Assembly: GCA_963674745.2 (NCBI GenBank)
Contig: CAXXDV010000003.1
Span: 1,120,001-1,184,000, forward strand
Direction: 5' to 3'
Length of the DNA stretch: 64,000 nucleotides
Origin: Desulfosudaceae bacterium
Lineage (GTDB): Bacteria; Desulfobacterota; Desulfobacteria; Desulfobacterales; Desulfosudaceae
Of the stretch, positions 18,742-29,510 are shown piece by piece. The translations under genes and the position numbers were made by a program. The notes below the pieces were generated by a model. It was not told the DNA's origin. It did no database searches and saw nothing but the letters and a program-made list of their open reading frames with translations. The stretch's first letter is position 1. Every line of letters starts with the position of its first letter.

Positions 18742-19707
18742 GTGGTTATGAGTGGACCCTTAAAAGGTTATATTGGACTAACTGACCCAGATTGGTATTC
18801 TTTTTTGAATGCTCAACCTCATATTGATGAGGTCAACTTCTGGCAACCACACGGAAACCGGGCGTTTCGTGCGCTTAATCCCGGTGAATTGTTCTTCTTC
18901 AAATTAAGAGCCCCTCTCAAAACAATTGCCGGTTTTGGCTTTTTTGAACGGTACGAAAGGCTCCCTGCCTGGTTGGCGTGGGACTGTTTTAAAGAAATGA
19001 ATGGTGCGCCTGATTTTGAGAGTATGATTGACAGAATTTGCCGCCTTCGCAATGCTGACGAGCAATCGAATATGGCTGGAGATTTTTTGATCGGCTGCAT
19101 CATGATTTCAGCGCCTGTTTTTTTCGCAGAAAATGAATGGGTAACCCCACCATCTGATTGGGCCAAAACAGGAATCCAGCAGGGCAAGACTTACAATCTC
19201 CAAATTGGTGAAGGACAACGAGTCCTTTTAGACTGTTTAGCCCTAGCAAAAGACGGGAATTACTGGAATGTAGAGCCTGAAGATAAAATTTCGGACAACG
19301 TGAACGATCGCTATGGCAATCCAATTACTGTCCGCCCTCGCTTGGGGCAGGGACTTTTTAGTATAAAAGTTCGAGAAGCCTACAACGGTGCCTGCGCCGT
19401 GACGCATGAGCATACTATACCTGTTCTTGAGGCAGCGCATATAAAGCCTTATGCTCGTGGCGGGGAACACCGAGTAGATAATGGGCTCTTGCTTCGTAGG
19501 GATTTACACAGTCTTTATGATCGTGGTTATGTGACAATAACACCAGACTATGTTTTTCAAGTCGGTGATAGGCTCCGCGATGAGTTTAAAAATGGTCGCA
19601 GCTATTATAGTCTACATGGTTCATCGATCCATATTCCGAGTAATGTAATATTACGACCCAATAAAAAGTTACTTGAATGGCATACCCAGACGGTTTTCAA
19701 GGGGTAG
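18742..19707 (+). CDS. HNH endonuclease with a putative PUA/EVE-like N-terminal domain
   Basis: TDPDWYSFL, DEVNFWQP, PGELFFFK; RLGQG, CAVT, LEAAHI, NGLLLR-DLH-LYD. Confidence 0.75.
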   Translation: MVMSGPLKGYIGLTDPDWYSFLNAQPHIDEVNFWQPHGNRAFRALNPGELFFFKLRAPLKTIAGFGFFERYERLPAWLAWDCFKEMNGAPDFESMIDRICRLRNADEQSNMAGDFLIGCIMISAPVFFAENEWVTPPSDWAKTGIQQGKTYNLQIGEGQRVLLDCLALAKDGNYWNVEPEDKISDNVNDRYGNPITVRPRLGQGLFSIKVREAYNGACAVTHEHTIPVLEAAHIKPYARGGEHRVDNGLLLRRDLHSLYDRGYVTITPDYVFQVGDRLRDEFKNGRSYYSLHGSSIHIPSNVILRPNKKLLEWHTQTVFKG

Positions 19708-19826
19708 GCTTTATTGGCGTTTGATGTTATTCGAGCTTTTTGGTTTTACGAGTCGTTACAGTATATTAAATTAGCACCAACTTGTAACAAAAGCCATTAA
19801 GCGTATCAGTTAGATAAGGGGAAATA

Positions 19827-22800
19827 ATGATATTAGACAATAAAAATAACGAAAAAAGAGTTTATGAATGGCTTCAAGACTACACCGACGAAGGCCAAAT
19901 GGATATAGTCACCGGTTATTTCACAGTCGGCGCTTTAGCTTATCTATCAAATCAAACCAATCAGAAAATCAAACAATTCAGAATGGTCTTAGGCGACATC
20001 GTCAATATGGACTTGATACAGGATAGGACAATTGATCTGCTCAATGAAAACATTACTATCGAAGCTGCCTTAAAGTTGAACTCAGTTGCCCAGGAAGCTG
20101 TAGCATTTTTGCGTCAGGAGAAAGTCGAAGCTAAGACGCTGGAACCAAATTTTTGTCACGCAAAAATTTATCTTTTTAATCCTGAACATGATGAAAGATA
20201 CAAATATTTCATTTCAGGCAGTTCAAACCTTACTGAAGCAGGGATTGGCCTTAAGGCAACGAACAACTTGGAACTGAATATCGCTGAGACAGGTAATAAC
20301 AATCAATACCAGGAATTGATAAGATGGTTTAATAATCTTTGGAAAAGCAAAGAGGCACATAACAAAAAAACAATAGTGCACGCGGACGGGAGAAAAACGG
20401 CCACGCCTTTTAAAGAATATCTTATTGAGGCCATAGAGAAGATTTTTATTAAATATACTCCCAGGCAGCTTTATTACAAAGTCCTGTTTGAATTATTCGG
20501 TAATCAGTTAATAACAGAGCAAGATAATCCCGAGTTTAGTCGACAAGTCGGAAGGCTTGAGAACACCGTTATTTATAATACCCTTTATGATTTTCAGAAA
20601 AAGGGTGCGCTGAGCCTGATAAAGATGCTGCAAAAATATGACGGGGCTATTCTTGCCGATGCCGTCGGATTGGGTAAAACATGGAGCGCCCTGGCCGTAA
20701 TGAAATTTTTCCAATTGCAGGGGCGAGAAGTTATCCTCATGTGTCCCAAGAAACTACAGTATAACTGGCACAGATACCGCAAACACCAAAATTCAAAATT
20801 TGAAAAAGATCAGTTAGAGTATTTTATTCGCTTCCATACCGATATGCATGAAGAAAGGTTAGAACGCTATGATGATAGGGCAGATAAATTTTTCAACGAT
20901 GATAAGCCCAAATTGTTTGTCATTGATGAAAGTCATAACTTAAGAAATAGCAAGAGTCAGCGTTACCAGTTTTTTGTTGATGAAATTTTAAAAAAGAATG
21001 CCGATGTAAAAGTGCTGATGCTTTCTGCGACTCCGATTAATAATACACTTATGGACATAAGAAATCAGTTTAAGCTGATAAAGCAGGGGGAAACCGGCGG
21101 TTTTTTTGAAAGTCATTCTGTAAGAAATATTGATCATTTATTTAACCGCGCGCAACATGCTTTTTTTGAGTGGAGAAAAGCTAAAGCACCTAAAATCAAT
21201 GACTTTATAAAACTGCTGCCACGTGATTTTTTCAGGCTAACGGACGCGTTGACGGTAGCCAGAACCCGCCCAATGATTGAAAAGCAGAAGACCGGGCTGT
21301 TTTTCCCGCAAAAGACAAAGCCCGAAAATATTTTTGTAACACCAAAACAAATCGGCAATTACGATAGTTTTGAGGAATTGTTTGAGCACTTCCCGCCTTT
21401 TTTATCGGCGTATCAACCCGCCTTCTATATCGAGCAGGAGGAGGATGTCGATAAAATTCACGATGAAAGACAGCGAGACAGATTTCTTGTCAAAATGATG
21501 TATATTCTGCTTGTGAAGCGATTAGAGTCGTCCTGGTCTTCTTTCCACTCAACTGTTGAAAAAATACTGGTACACCATCAGAACGCACTTAATAAAATCA
21601 ATGAATATGAGAAAAACAAAAAGAATTTCGAAATTGAGGATGTTTTTGAACAGGGTTTTTTAGACGATGAGGATCAGGAAGGCTTTACCGACGACTTTAC
21701 CCTTGGGAAAAAGCGTCCTATTAGCCTTGACGAAATAAATACAGCAGGTAAATTGGGTGGTTTTAAAAAGGATCTGAAAAAAGATATTGAAGCATTAGAT
21801 GCTCTAAAAAATAACTTGGATAGATTCAACAAAGACATAAAAGCGGAGACTAAAAAATCGAGAAATTATTCAAGCAAAGATGAAAAGCTACAGTCACTGA
21901 TAGAAAAAATAAATACCAAAAGAAAAGCCGGGAAAAACGGCAATAACCAGAAAATTCTTATTTTTACTGTATATAAAGACACCGCATTCTACCTTTTTGA
22001 TCAGCTGGTTAAGAGGGGGTTTAAAGATATTGCTGTTGTCAGTGGGGACGGAGCTAAAACAGATTCTTTGGAACATGAAACAAAGTTATTTGAGCCAATA
22101 TTGGAACGATTTGCTCCTTTTACAAAACAATTTAATGAAAAAGAATGGTCATTCACGCCAAGTAAGCCCAATTTACCCAAATCCAAACAATACGAGGAGT
22201 GGCTTACGTGGGTAGAAGAAAATGCCCCTAAAACATATAAGCAACTTCAAAATCCGATTGATATTCTTATCGCTACAGATGTCCTCAGCGAAGGGCAAAA
22301 CCTGCAAGATTGTGACCTAGTCATAAATTATGATATTCATTGGAACCCAGTTCGAGTAATACAGCGTATGGGGCGGATAGACAGGCTGGGGTCACCCAAT
22401 AAAGAGATATTTGGTATTAACTACTGGCCTTCAGAAAATATAAATACCTATTTAAATCTCAAAGGACGAGTTGAACAGAAAATGACACTCATGAAACTTG
22501 CCGGCTCAGAAGTTCAGTTGGAGTTTTCAAAATCATTCAAGGAAATGGCAACTGACGCCAGTTTCGAAGACCAACTGAACGAAAGAATGTTGCGGCAGAT
22601 GCAGACGACCTGGGAAGATATTGAGGAAAATGAAAGCGGATTGGGCTTTGAGGATCTCTCTCTTGAAGAATTCAGGCAGGATTTATTGGAAGAACAGCAG
22701 AGAGATGAAGAGTTCTATAAGAATATGCCCAAGGGCGTGTATACCGGCTTCCAGGCAGATAAAGCGATATGTAAAGAAGGTGGCATTATTGCCCTTCTGG

Positions 22801-23216
22801 GGTATCCGGCAAAGCCACCTAAAACGATCAATCATGAATACAGCACCTATGACCTGATTTACATAAATGAGAATGGCGAACAAGTATTGTTAAATCAGAA
22901 GGAGGTGCTGGACGCCCTTTCCTATCATAAAGATAAAGAAAGGCATGTTCCGGATGGTGTTGAAAGAGGCGAAGAAGCCGCTATTTCAGGTTTGGTTGTC
23001 TCTATCAAGAACTGGCTTGACTCACAAGCCACAGAAGAAGAAATTTTAGACGATGGCACGGTTAGAAAGCGAGCCGGGGCGGAAACAAAAGACATCCTGG
23101 GAAAACTTAAAACCGGTGACAGTACTGCTTTAAAAAGAGTGAAAGAAAATGTCAGGGTATCGGATAAATTCAAGCCGGAGAATTTTGATTTGATAACATG
23201 GTTTCTGGTCAACTAA
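19827..23216 (+). CDS. PLD nuclease - SNF2-type helicase fusion
   Basis: HAKIY...GSSNLT; ADAVGLGKT; DESH; SATP; SEGQNLQ; QRMGRIDRLGS. Confidence 0.88.
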   Translation: MILDNKNNEKRVYEWLQDYTDEGQMDIVTGYFTVGALAYLSNQTNQKIKQFRMVLGDIVNMDLIQDRTIDLLNENITIEAALKLNSVAQEAVAFLRQEKVEAKTLEPNFCHAKIYLFNPEHDERYKYFISGSSNLTEAGIGLKATNNLELNIAETGNNNQYQELIRWFNNLWKSKEAHNKKTIVHADGRKTATPFKEYLIEAIEKIFIKYTPRQLYYKVLFELFGNQLITEQDNPEFSRQVGRLENTVIYNTLYDFQKKGALSLIKMLQKYDGAILADAVGLGKTWSALAVMKFFQLQGREVILMCPKKLQYNWHRYRKHQNSKFEKDQLEYFIRFHTDMHEERLERYDDRADKFFNDDKPKLFVIDESHNLRNSKSQRYQFFVDEILKKNADVKVLMLSATPINNTLMDIRNQFKLIKQGETGGFFESHSVRNIDHLFNRAQHAFFEWRKAKAPKINDFIKLLPRDFFRLTDALTVARTRPMIEKQKTGLFFPQKTKPENIFVTPKQIGNYDSFEELFEHFPPFLSAYQPAFYIEQEEDVDKIHDERQRDRFLVKMMYILLVKRLESSWSSFHSTVEKILVHHQNALNKINEYEKNKKNFEIEDVFEQGFLDDEDQEGFTDDFTLGKKRPISLDEINTAGKLGGFKKDLKKDIEALDALKNNLDRFNKDIKAETKKSRNYSSKDEKLQSLIEKINTKRKAGKNGNNQKILIFTVYKDTAFYLFDQLVKRGFKDIAVVSGDGAKTDSLEHETKLFEPILERFAPFTKQFNEKEWSFTPSKPNLPKSKQYEEWLTWVEENAPKTYKQLQNPIDILIATDVLSEGQNLQDCDLVINYDIHWNPVRVIQRMGRIDRLGSPNKEIFGINYWPSENINTYLNLKGRVEQKMTLMKLAGSEVQLEFSKSFKEMATDASFEDQLNERMLRQMQTTWEDIEENESGLGFEDLSLEEFRQDLLEEQQRDEEFYKNMPKGVYTGFQADKAICKEGGIIALLGYPAKPPKTINHEYSTYDLIYINENGEQVLLNQKEVLDALSYHKDKERHVPDGVERGEEAAISGLVVSIKNWLDSQATEEEILDDGTVRKRAGAETKDILGKLKTGDSTALKRVKENVRVSDKFKPENFDLITWFLVN

Positions 23217-23227
23217 AGGACAAAAAA

Positions 23228-26200
23228 ATGGATTTGAGTTTATTTAAAGACAAAGTGGACTTTTATGATGCACTGAAATCGCTTTTTGAATCTCTTAATG
23301 TCCCGGTTAACTGTATTGATGAAAAATCAATAGCTCCAGAATCAATACTAACGAAAACATACAAGGAGACCAATGAAGCATTTTTATTGATGGAAGATGT
23401 CTATGTGCTTGGCATGGTTGATGACAATGCTTTTGCAGGATCTGCAAGCGACACCTTGGATAGTGTAAAGAACAGAAGCCAGGACTATGACGGTATTTTA
23501 ATATTCGGGGTTACTTTGAAAGACCGGGATAAAGGTCTTTTACCTACCCGTACCCAGTTGGCAGAAATAAGCAGGGCCTTCAACAGAGAATATCCTCACG
23601 CACCTGTTGTTGTTGTATGCCGATACGGTGACTATATTGCAATCGCCAACTCAGAGCGAGCAGCCTATAAGCAGCAATGGCGAGAGGGTGAAAAAGTCGG
23701 CAAAGTTGCTCTGCTCAGAGACATTAATATCGATAAGCCTCATACTGGGCACCTGAAAATCCTACAAGAACTGACCATTACCCGCTCAGGGAAAGGCGCG
23801 GTAAACAGCTTTGCTGAATTATACGCCTACTGGCAGTCTGTCTTTAATGTTTCGATTCTGAATAAGCAGTTCTATAAAGAGCTCTCCGACTGGTATTTTT
23901 GGGCCATGCGTGAAGTCTATTTCCCCGATGCGCCTTTGCAGGCCAACTTTGGGGCAGATGGTTTAAAAGATCCCGAAGTCAGGGAACACAATGCCAAAAA
24001 CCTTATCAGGCTCCTCACCCGCATACTCTTTGTCTGGTTTGTTAAAGAAAAAAAGCTTATCCCTGAAGAGCTTTTTGATGAAGCCCATATAAAAACTGAA
24101 CTGTTGAAAAATTTTGAACCAAAGAAAAAAAAGAAATTTGATTATAAAACACATGGAAGCATGTATTACCGCGCGATACTGCAAAACCTCTTTTTTGCCA
24201 CGCTCAACCAGGACATGGGTAAACGTGAGTTCCGAAAATCCGGGCAACACATGAACATAACGAACTTGATGCGCTATGAAACATATTTCAAAGCCCCGGA
24301 CAAATTCATCCATCTTGTTGAAAAGGCAGTACCCTTTATGAATGGCGGTCTTTTTGAATGTCTTGATAAACCGATTGAGGGGAAAAAAGGCAGAAGGGGC
24401 GGAGATATTATCAATTATATTGACGGGTTTTCAGACAAAAAAGAAAACGAACTGATCGTACCCGATTATATTTTCTTTGGTACCGAAGACCACGTCAATT
24501 TAAGTGAAGAATACGGGCAGGGGAAAAGCAAAAATAAAGATGTCTCTGTCAAGGGTTTAATTGACATTCTAAACTCATACAAATTTACCATTGATGAAAA
24601 CACCCCCATTGAGCAGGACATTGCCTTAGACCCTGAACTATTGGGTCGCGTATTTGAAAACCTGTTGGCCAGCTACAACCCGGAAACAAAAACAACCGCC
24701 AGAAAACAAACCGGTTCTTTTTATACACCCCGCGAGATTGTAAATTACATGGTGGATGAAAGCCTGATTGCCCATCTAAAAAACAGCCTCGCAGATTCTT
24801 TCGAGGTTGCAAAGGAGCTGGATGAAAAACTGCATCAGCTTTTGTCTTATGATGACATACAGCCTTTTGATGATGAAGGCGTAAAGGAAGCTATAATTAA
24901 AGCCATTGATAAATGCAAAATTCTTGATCCTGCCTGCGGTTCCGGCGCTTTTCCCATGGGCGCATTGCAGAAAATGGTTCACATCATTCAAAAAATTGAC
25001 CCGATGAACAAACGCTGGAAAGAAAGACAATATGAAAAAGCCCAAGCCATTGATGACGGCACCATTCGAGACAGTCTGATTGCTGATATTGAAGAGGCAT
25101 TTGAAAATAACGAATTAGACTATGGCCGTAAGCTTTACCTGATCGAAAACTGTATCTATGGTGTTGATATTCAGCCCATTGCCGTGCAGATCAGTAAGCT
25201 ACGCTTTTTTATTTCGCTTATCGTTGACCAGAAGGTAAATAAAAAGAAGAAAAACTTCGGTGTTCGTCCGCTGCCAAACCTTGAGACCAAATTTGTCGCC
25301 GCAAACACGCTGATTGGATTGAAAAAGCCGGAAGAACCATTATTTGACCGTGAGGAAGTCCAAAAACTTGAAAACGAACTCAAAGATATACGGCATCGTC
25401 TTTTTTCCGCAAAAACACCAACAACAAAAAGAAATCTTCGCAAAGAAGATAAAAATATCCGGGAGCAAATAACAAAAAAACTTGAAGAGACCGGTTGGGG
25501 CAATGAAACGGCACGGCAGTTAGCAGACTGGGATCCTTATGATCAAAATGCCTCATCACCATTCTTTGATGCCGAATGGATGTTTGATATAGCAGATGGA
25601 TTTGATGTGGTGATTGGAAATCCACCATATGTTGACTCCGAAACCATGGTTAAAAATGATTCCGAATATAGAGACAAATTGAAAAGTATCTACAGAGCCG
25701 CTCAAGGGAATTGGGATATATTTGTAGTGTTTATTGAAAAAGGCATATTACTTACAAAGATGAATGGGAATACCACATATATTGTTCCAAACAAATTTAT
25801 TTCAGCAAAGTACACTACTGGATTAAGGACATTGTTATGCAAATATCAAATCCAGGAGATTGTAGATTATTCCTCAGTAAATGTATTCGAAGAGGCAGAT
25901 GTTTATCCGGTTGTATTTAGAATCTGTAATACAAATAGAAGGTTAAATGTAAATACAAAATTAATGTCTGATCTACACAATACCAAGGTAAATCTGAGCA
26001 TTGCATCTAATATATTTTACTCCGACATTTTTTGGGATAAATACTTTTTCGACCAACATGTTGTAGAATCTATTGTCGAGATATCAACAAACAATCCACT
26101 TACGAGCTATGACTTCGAAATACTTGGCGCGGCCACGGTCAGTGAAGCCTACCAAATTAAAGAACATATTCGTGAACTAAACGCTTCTTTGAAAGATTAT

Positions 26201-26953
26201 TATAAACTCATTAATACCGGCACAATAGACCCTTTTCGAAATTTTTGGGGAGTTAAAAAAACGAAGTATATCAAAGGCACATATGAAAGACCTGTTATCT
26301 CCAAGTCAAATCTTAAAAAAATTTCTCCTAAAAGACTTGAACAATCAGATTCTGCTAAAATCATTGTTGCGGGGATGAGTCTGCGGATTGAGGCATTTTA
26401 TGACGCAGGCGGTTTTCTGGCTGGGAAATCGACATCAATAATACTTGGTAATAAGAAAAAGTTAATGGCTCTTAATGCAATCTTAAATTCAACAATCATT
26501 TCATTTTGGTTTTCAAAAAACTACAATTCTTTGTCAATGGCCGGGGGATATTTTAATGTCGGCACTAATGAAATTGGTTCTTTGCCTATTCCTGAAAAGG
26601 CTTTTGGTGAGTATTTAGATATTTTTTGCAGACTTAATTGTATCATTGAGACTTCTCTTGATTCCAATGCCATGACATCCTGTTTTATAGAGGTATTAAA
26701 TTTTTCATGTGCTGAACTTTACTTCTCCGATCACATGAAAAGTCGCAATATCGATATTCTGCAATTCGTTAAAAAAGATTTAAAAGAAGTGCTGCAAAAC
26801 AAGGATTTTGATCAGTTGACAGATAACCAGAAGGAGAAGATCATCAACCAGCTATATACCAGGTGGACAGAACCCCAAAACAAAATTACCCAACGGATAA
26901 AAATATTTTGTACAAAAAGTTCGGATATATTAAAACAAATCATAAAAGGTTAA
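23228..26953 (+). CDS. Large gamma-class N6-adenine DNA methyltransferase (Eco57I/TaqI-like) with C-terminal TRD
   Basis: FMNGGLF, GSFYTP, DPACGSGAF, GVDI, GNPPY; AAGGA RBS before 23228 (ORF open from 23198). Confidence 0.9.
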   Translation: MDLSLFKDKVDFYDALKSLFESLNVPVNCIDEKSIAPESILTKTYKETNEAFLLMEDVYVLGMVDDNAFAGSASDTLDSVKNRSQDYDGILIFGVTLKDRDKGLLPTRTQLAEISRAFNREYPHAPVVVVCRYGDYIAIANSERAAYKQQWREGEKVGKVALLRDINIDKPHTGHLKILQELTITRSGKGAVNSFAELYAYWQSVFNVSILNKQFYKELSDWYFWAMREVYFPDAPLQANFGADGLKDPEVREHNAKNLIRLLTRILFVWFVKEKKLIPEELFDEAHIKTELLKNFEPKKKKKFDYKTHGSMYYRAILQNLFFATLNQDMGKREFRKSGQHMNITNLMRYETYFKAPDKFIHLVEKAVPFMNGGLFECLDKPIEGKKGRRGGDIINYIDGFSDKKENELIVPDYIFFGTEDHVNLSEEYGQGKSKNKDVSVKGLIDILNSYKFTIDENTPIEQDIALDPELLGRVFENLLASYNPETKTTARKQTGSFYTPREIVNYMVDESLIAHLKNSLADSFEVAKELDEKLHQLLSYDDIQPFDDEGVKEAIIKAIDKCKILDPACGSGAFPMGALQKMVHIIQKIDPMNKRWKERQYEKAQAIDDGTIRDSLIADIEEAFENNELDYGRKLYLIENCIYGVDIQPIAVQISKLRFFISLIVDQKVNKKKKNFGVRPLPNLETKFVAANTLIGLKKPEEPLFDREEVQKLENELKDIRHRLFSAKTPTTKRNLRKEDKNIREQITKKLEETGWGNETARQLADWDPYDQNASSPFFDAEWMFDIADGFDVVIGNPPYVDSETMVKNDSEYRDKLKSIYRAAQGNWDIFVVFIEKGILLTKMNGNTTYIVPNKFISAKYTTGLRTLLCKYQIQEIVDYSSVNVFEEADVYPVVFRICNTNRRLNVNTKLMSDLHNTKVNLSIASNIFYSDIFWDKYFFDQHVVESIVEISTNNPLTSYDFEILGAATVSEAYQIKEHIRELNASLKDYYKLINTGTIDPFRNFWGVKKTKYIKGTYERPVISKSNLKKISPKRLEQSDSAKIIVAGMSLRIEAFYDAGGFLAGKSTSIILGNKKKLMALNAILNSTIISFWFSKNYNSLSMAGGYFNVGTNEIGSLPIPEKAFGEYLDIFCRLNCIIETSLDSNAMTSCFIEVLNFSCAELYFSDHMKSRNIDILQFVKKDLKEVLQNKDFDQLTDNQKEKIINQLYTRWTEPQNKITQRIKIFCTKSSDILKQIIKG

Positions 26954-27137
26954 TTTAGAATAGATTAAGTTGTGGCCAGACTTTACAGGTATATCTATGT
27001 TAGGTTTTGGGTAAAATGTCCATTTTCTAAAAAGTAAAAGGAGAGGGATAATGTAAGCGTCAAATTAACCCCATCTTCACAAGCCGGGCGGACCGTGTCA
27101 AGATAGCGCCAAAAATTTAATTCGGAAAGGCGCTATT

Positions 27138-27467
27138 ATGAAAAACAAGAAAATTAACCGCGAACAGGAACGAGCGGAGAAACGACGGTTCTGGGAACGG
27201 CATATTCAGATGTGGCGGGCCAGTGGCCTGAGCCAGACGGAATATCAGCGAAAAAACAATTTGTCTAAATGGCAATTTGTGTACTGGAAGAAAAAGTTCG
27301 AACAACCGGTTTCATCAGATGTCTCCCTGGTTCCGATTTCCTTGCCGCAAGCCATGCCGTCCGCACCGTTAAGCCTGGTCGTTAATAACCGATACCGGAT
27401 AGAAGTATCCGAAGGATTTCAGCCGTTGGTTCTGGAGCAGGTTCTGGAAGTAGTGGACCGGCGATGA
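27138..27467 (+). CDS. tnpA: IS66 accessory protein TnpA
   Basis: W-x2-SGLSQ-x2-Q...YWKKK HTH pattern; first ORF of the element. Confidence 0.85.
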   Translation: MKNKKINREQERAEKRRFWERHIQMWRASGLSQTEYQRKNNLSKWQFVYWKKKFEQPVSSDVSLVPISLPQAMPSAPLSLVVNNRYRIEVSEGFQPLVLEQVLEVVDRR

Positions 27468-27817
27468 TGTTCTTTCCCAGCCAAACGCGGGCTTTTCTGG
27501 TGATGGGTCATACGGATATGAGAAAATCCATCAATGGCCTGTCCATTATGGTGGAAGGCCAGATTGAACTTGACCCGTTTTCCGGCCATTTATTTGTTTT
27601 TTGCAATCGGCGTCGAACGATCCTCAAAATATTATACTGGCATCGGAACGGTTTTTGTCTATGGCACAAGCGTCTGGAGAAAGAAAAATTTCGCTGGCCA
27701 GAGTCGTATGATGAGGTTATGGAGATCGGTTCCCGGCGTTTGGGGTGGTTGCTGGACGGACTTGAGATTACCCAGGTTCGGGGACATGATAGGCTTCAAT
27801 ATTCCACAGTCATTTAA
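27464..27817 (+). CDS. tnpB: IS66 accessory protein TnpB
   Basis: TDMRKSINGL, LFVFCNRRR, KILYW, KRLEKEKFRWP. Confidence 0.95.
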   Translation: MMFFPSQTRAFLVMGHTDMRKSINGLSIMVEGQIELDPFSGHLFVFCNRRRTILKILYWHRNGFCLWHKRLEKEKFRWPESYDEVMEIGSRRLGWLLDGLEITQVRGHDRLQYSTVI

Positions 27818-27885
27818 GTAAAAAATTACTACATAATCATAAAACAGGCTTGACATTGCATGATGGTTTTGTTATGTAAACCATT

Positions 27886-29478
27886 ATGAACAGTGAGTCT
27901 GCACAACTTCAGAATACCATAAAAGATCTCAATAAAGTCATTCAGTCAGACAATGAATTGATTCAATTTCAGCATACCCGTATTGAGCATTTAGAAAAAC
28001 AGAATCGTCTTCTAAGAGCCAAGCTGTTCGGCAAAAAATCAGAAAAGCACATAATTGACACCGATGACAAGCAGATGACCCTGTTTGACGAGGCCGAGGA
28101 TATTGCTGAAGATGCCGACGAAAAAGAAGAAAAGATAGCGGTTACCGGGCATTCCAGGAAAAAAGGCGGTCGCAAGCCCCTGCCTGATGACCTGCCGCGC
28201 ATAGACGTTATTCACGATATTCCGGAAGAAGAAAAGATGTGCGCCTGCGGCTGTGAAATGAGCCGTATCGGCAAAGACATTTCCGAGAAACTGGATGTTA
28301 TTCCGGCCAAAGTACAGGTTATTCGCCATATTCGATACAAATACGCTTGCAAACAATGTGAAGGCGTAGAATCCGAACAAGGAGCAGTCAAGACAGCGCC
28401 GCTACCGCCGCAACTTATTCCGCAAAGCATCGCCACACCGGGCCTGATAGCCCATATCCTGACAGCCAAGTTTGCCGACAGCCTGCCGTTTTACCGCCAG
28501 GAAAAGCAGTTTACCCGGATCGGGGTCGATCTTCCCCGGGCTACCATGGCCAACTGGACCATTCAGGCGGCAAAAAGGTGTCAGCCCTTGATTGACGGCC
28601 TATGCCAAGAGATCCGATCCGGTCCATTGATCGGCATGGATGAAACCACGGTTCAGGTTTTGAATGAGCCCGGCCGGAATAATACCAGCAAATCCTATAT
28701 GTGGGTTTTCCGCGGAGGTGATCCGGATAAACCGGCGCTGATCTATCAATATCACCCCACGCGATCCGGAGAGGTTCCTAAGAATTTCATAAACGGCTAC
28801 GAGGGCTATATCCAGACTGATGGTTATAAAGGTTATAACAGCCTGGAGCAAGCCTCCAATATTATTCACATCGGCTGCTGGGCGCACGCACGCCGTAAGT
28901 TTCATGAAGTGATTAAGGCCCGTCAGCCGGTAAAAAAAGGGAAGCCGCAGAAACCCGGCAGCGCGGAAAAGGCCATGAGTTTCATCGGCAAACTGTACCA
29001 AGTGGAAAGCCGAGCCGATAAAGCGGAACTTTCCCCGGATCAACGGCGCGAGCTTCGACAGGCTGAGGTCTTGCCAATCTTGGAATCTTTTAAAAAGTGG
29101 CTGGACAAACGCAGTCAACAGACACCGCCTCAAGGACTGCTGGGAAAAGCCATCAATTACACTCTGGACCAATGGGACCGGCTGACCGGCTATGTTCAGG
29201 ACGGACGTCTGCGACCCGATAACAACCTGGTGGAGAACGCCATTCGGCCCTTTGTTTTGGGACGAAAGAACTGGTTATTTTCCGGGCATCCCCGGGGTGC
29301 GGCCGCCAGCGCCGCCATCTTCAGCCTGATCGAAACGGCCAAGGCGAACGGGCTGGAACCTTATGCGTACTTGCGATATATCTTTGAGCAGCTTCCACTG
29401 ATCGACGGTGATCCGGAAGAATACAAGAAACTACTGCCGCAAAACCTCGATCCGGCCGTTCTGGGTAGCCCGGCTTGA
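27886..29478 (+). CDS. tnpC: IS66 DDE transposase TnpC
   Basis: LFGKKSEK, zinc finger, MDETT, TDGY, CWAHARRKF, DNNLVENAIRP, GRKNWLF. Confidence 0.97.
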   Translation: MNSESAQLQNTIKDLNKVIQSDNELIQFQHTRIEHLEKQNRLLRAKLFGKKSEKHIIDTDDKQMTLFDEAEDIAEDADEKEEKIAVTGHSRKKGGRKPLPDDLPRIDVIHDIPEEEKMCACGCEMSRIGKDISEKLDVIPAKVQVIRHIRYKYACKQCEGVESEQGAVKTAPLPPQLIPQSIATPGLIAHILTAKFADSLPFYRQEKQFTRIGVDLPRATMANWTIQAAKRCQPLIDGLCQEIRSGPLIGMDETTVQVLNEPGRNNTSKSYMWVFRGGDPDKPALIYQYHPTRSGEVPKNFINGYEGYIQTDGYKGYNSLEQASNIIHIGCWAHARRKFHEVIKARQPVKKGKPQKPGSAEKAMSFIGKLYQVESRADKAELSPDQRRELRQAEVLPILESFKKWLDKRSQQTPPQGLLGKAINYTLDQWDRLTGYVQDGRLRPDNNLVENAIRPFVLGRKNWLFSGHPRGAAASAAIFSLIETAKANGLEPYAYLRYIFEQLPLIDGDPEEYKKLLPQNLDPAVLGSPA

Positions 29479-29510
29479 CGGGGTGGGGTTAACTTGACGC
29501 TTACGGGATA

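Larger units (their letters stand above)
27053..29504 (+). mobile_element. Complete IS66-family insertion sequence
   Basis: Terminal IRs GTAAGCGTCAAaTTAACCCCA / TGGGGTTAAcTTGACGCTTAC; 8-bp target duplication GGGATAAT at 27045-27052 and 29505-29512; three ORFs. Confidence 0.97.

Noticed and set aside
19827..26953. Complete DISARM or BREX system
   Set aside because: No drmA/B/C, pglZ, brxC or brxL-like genes are visible
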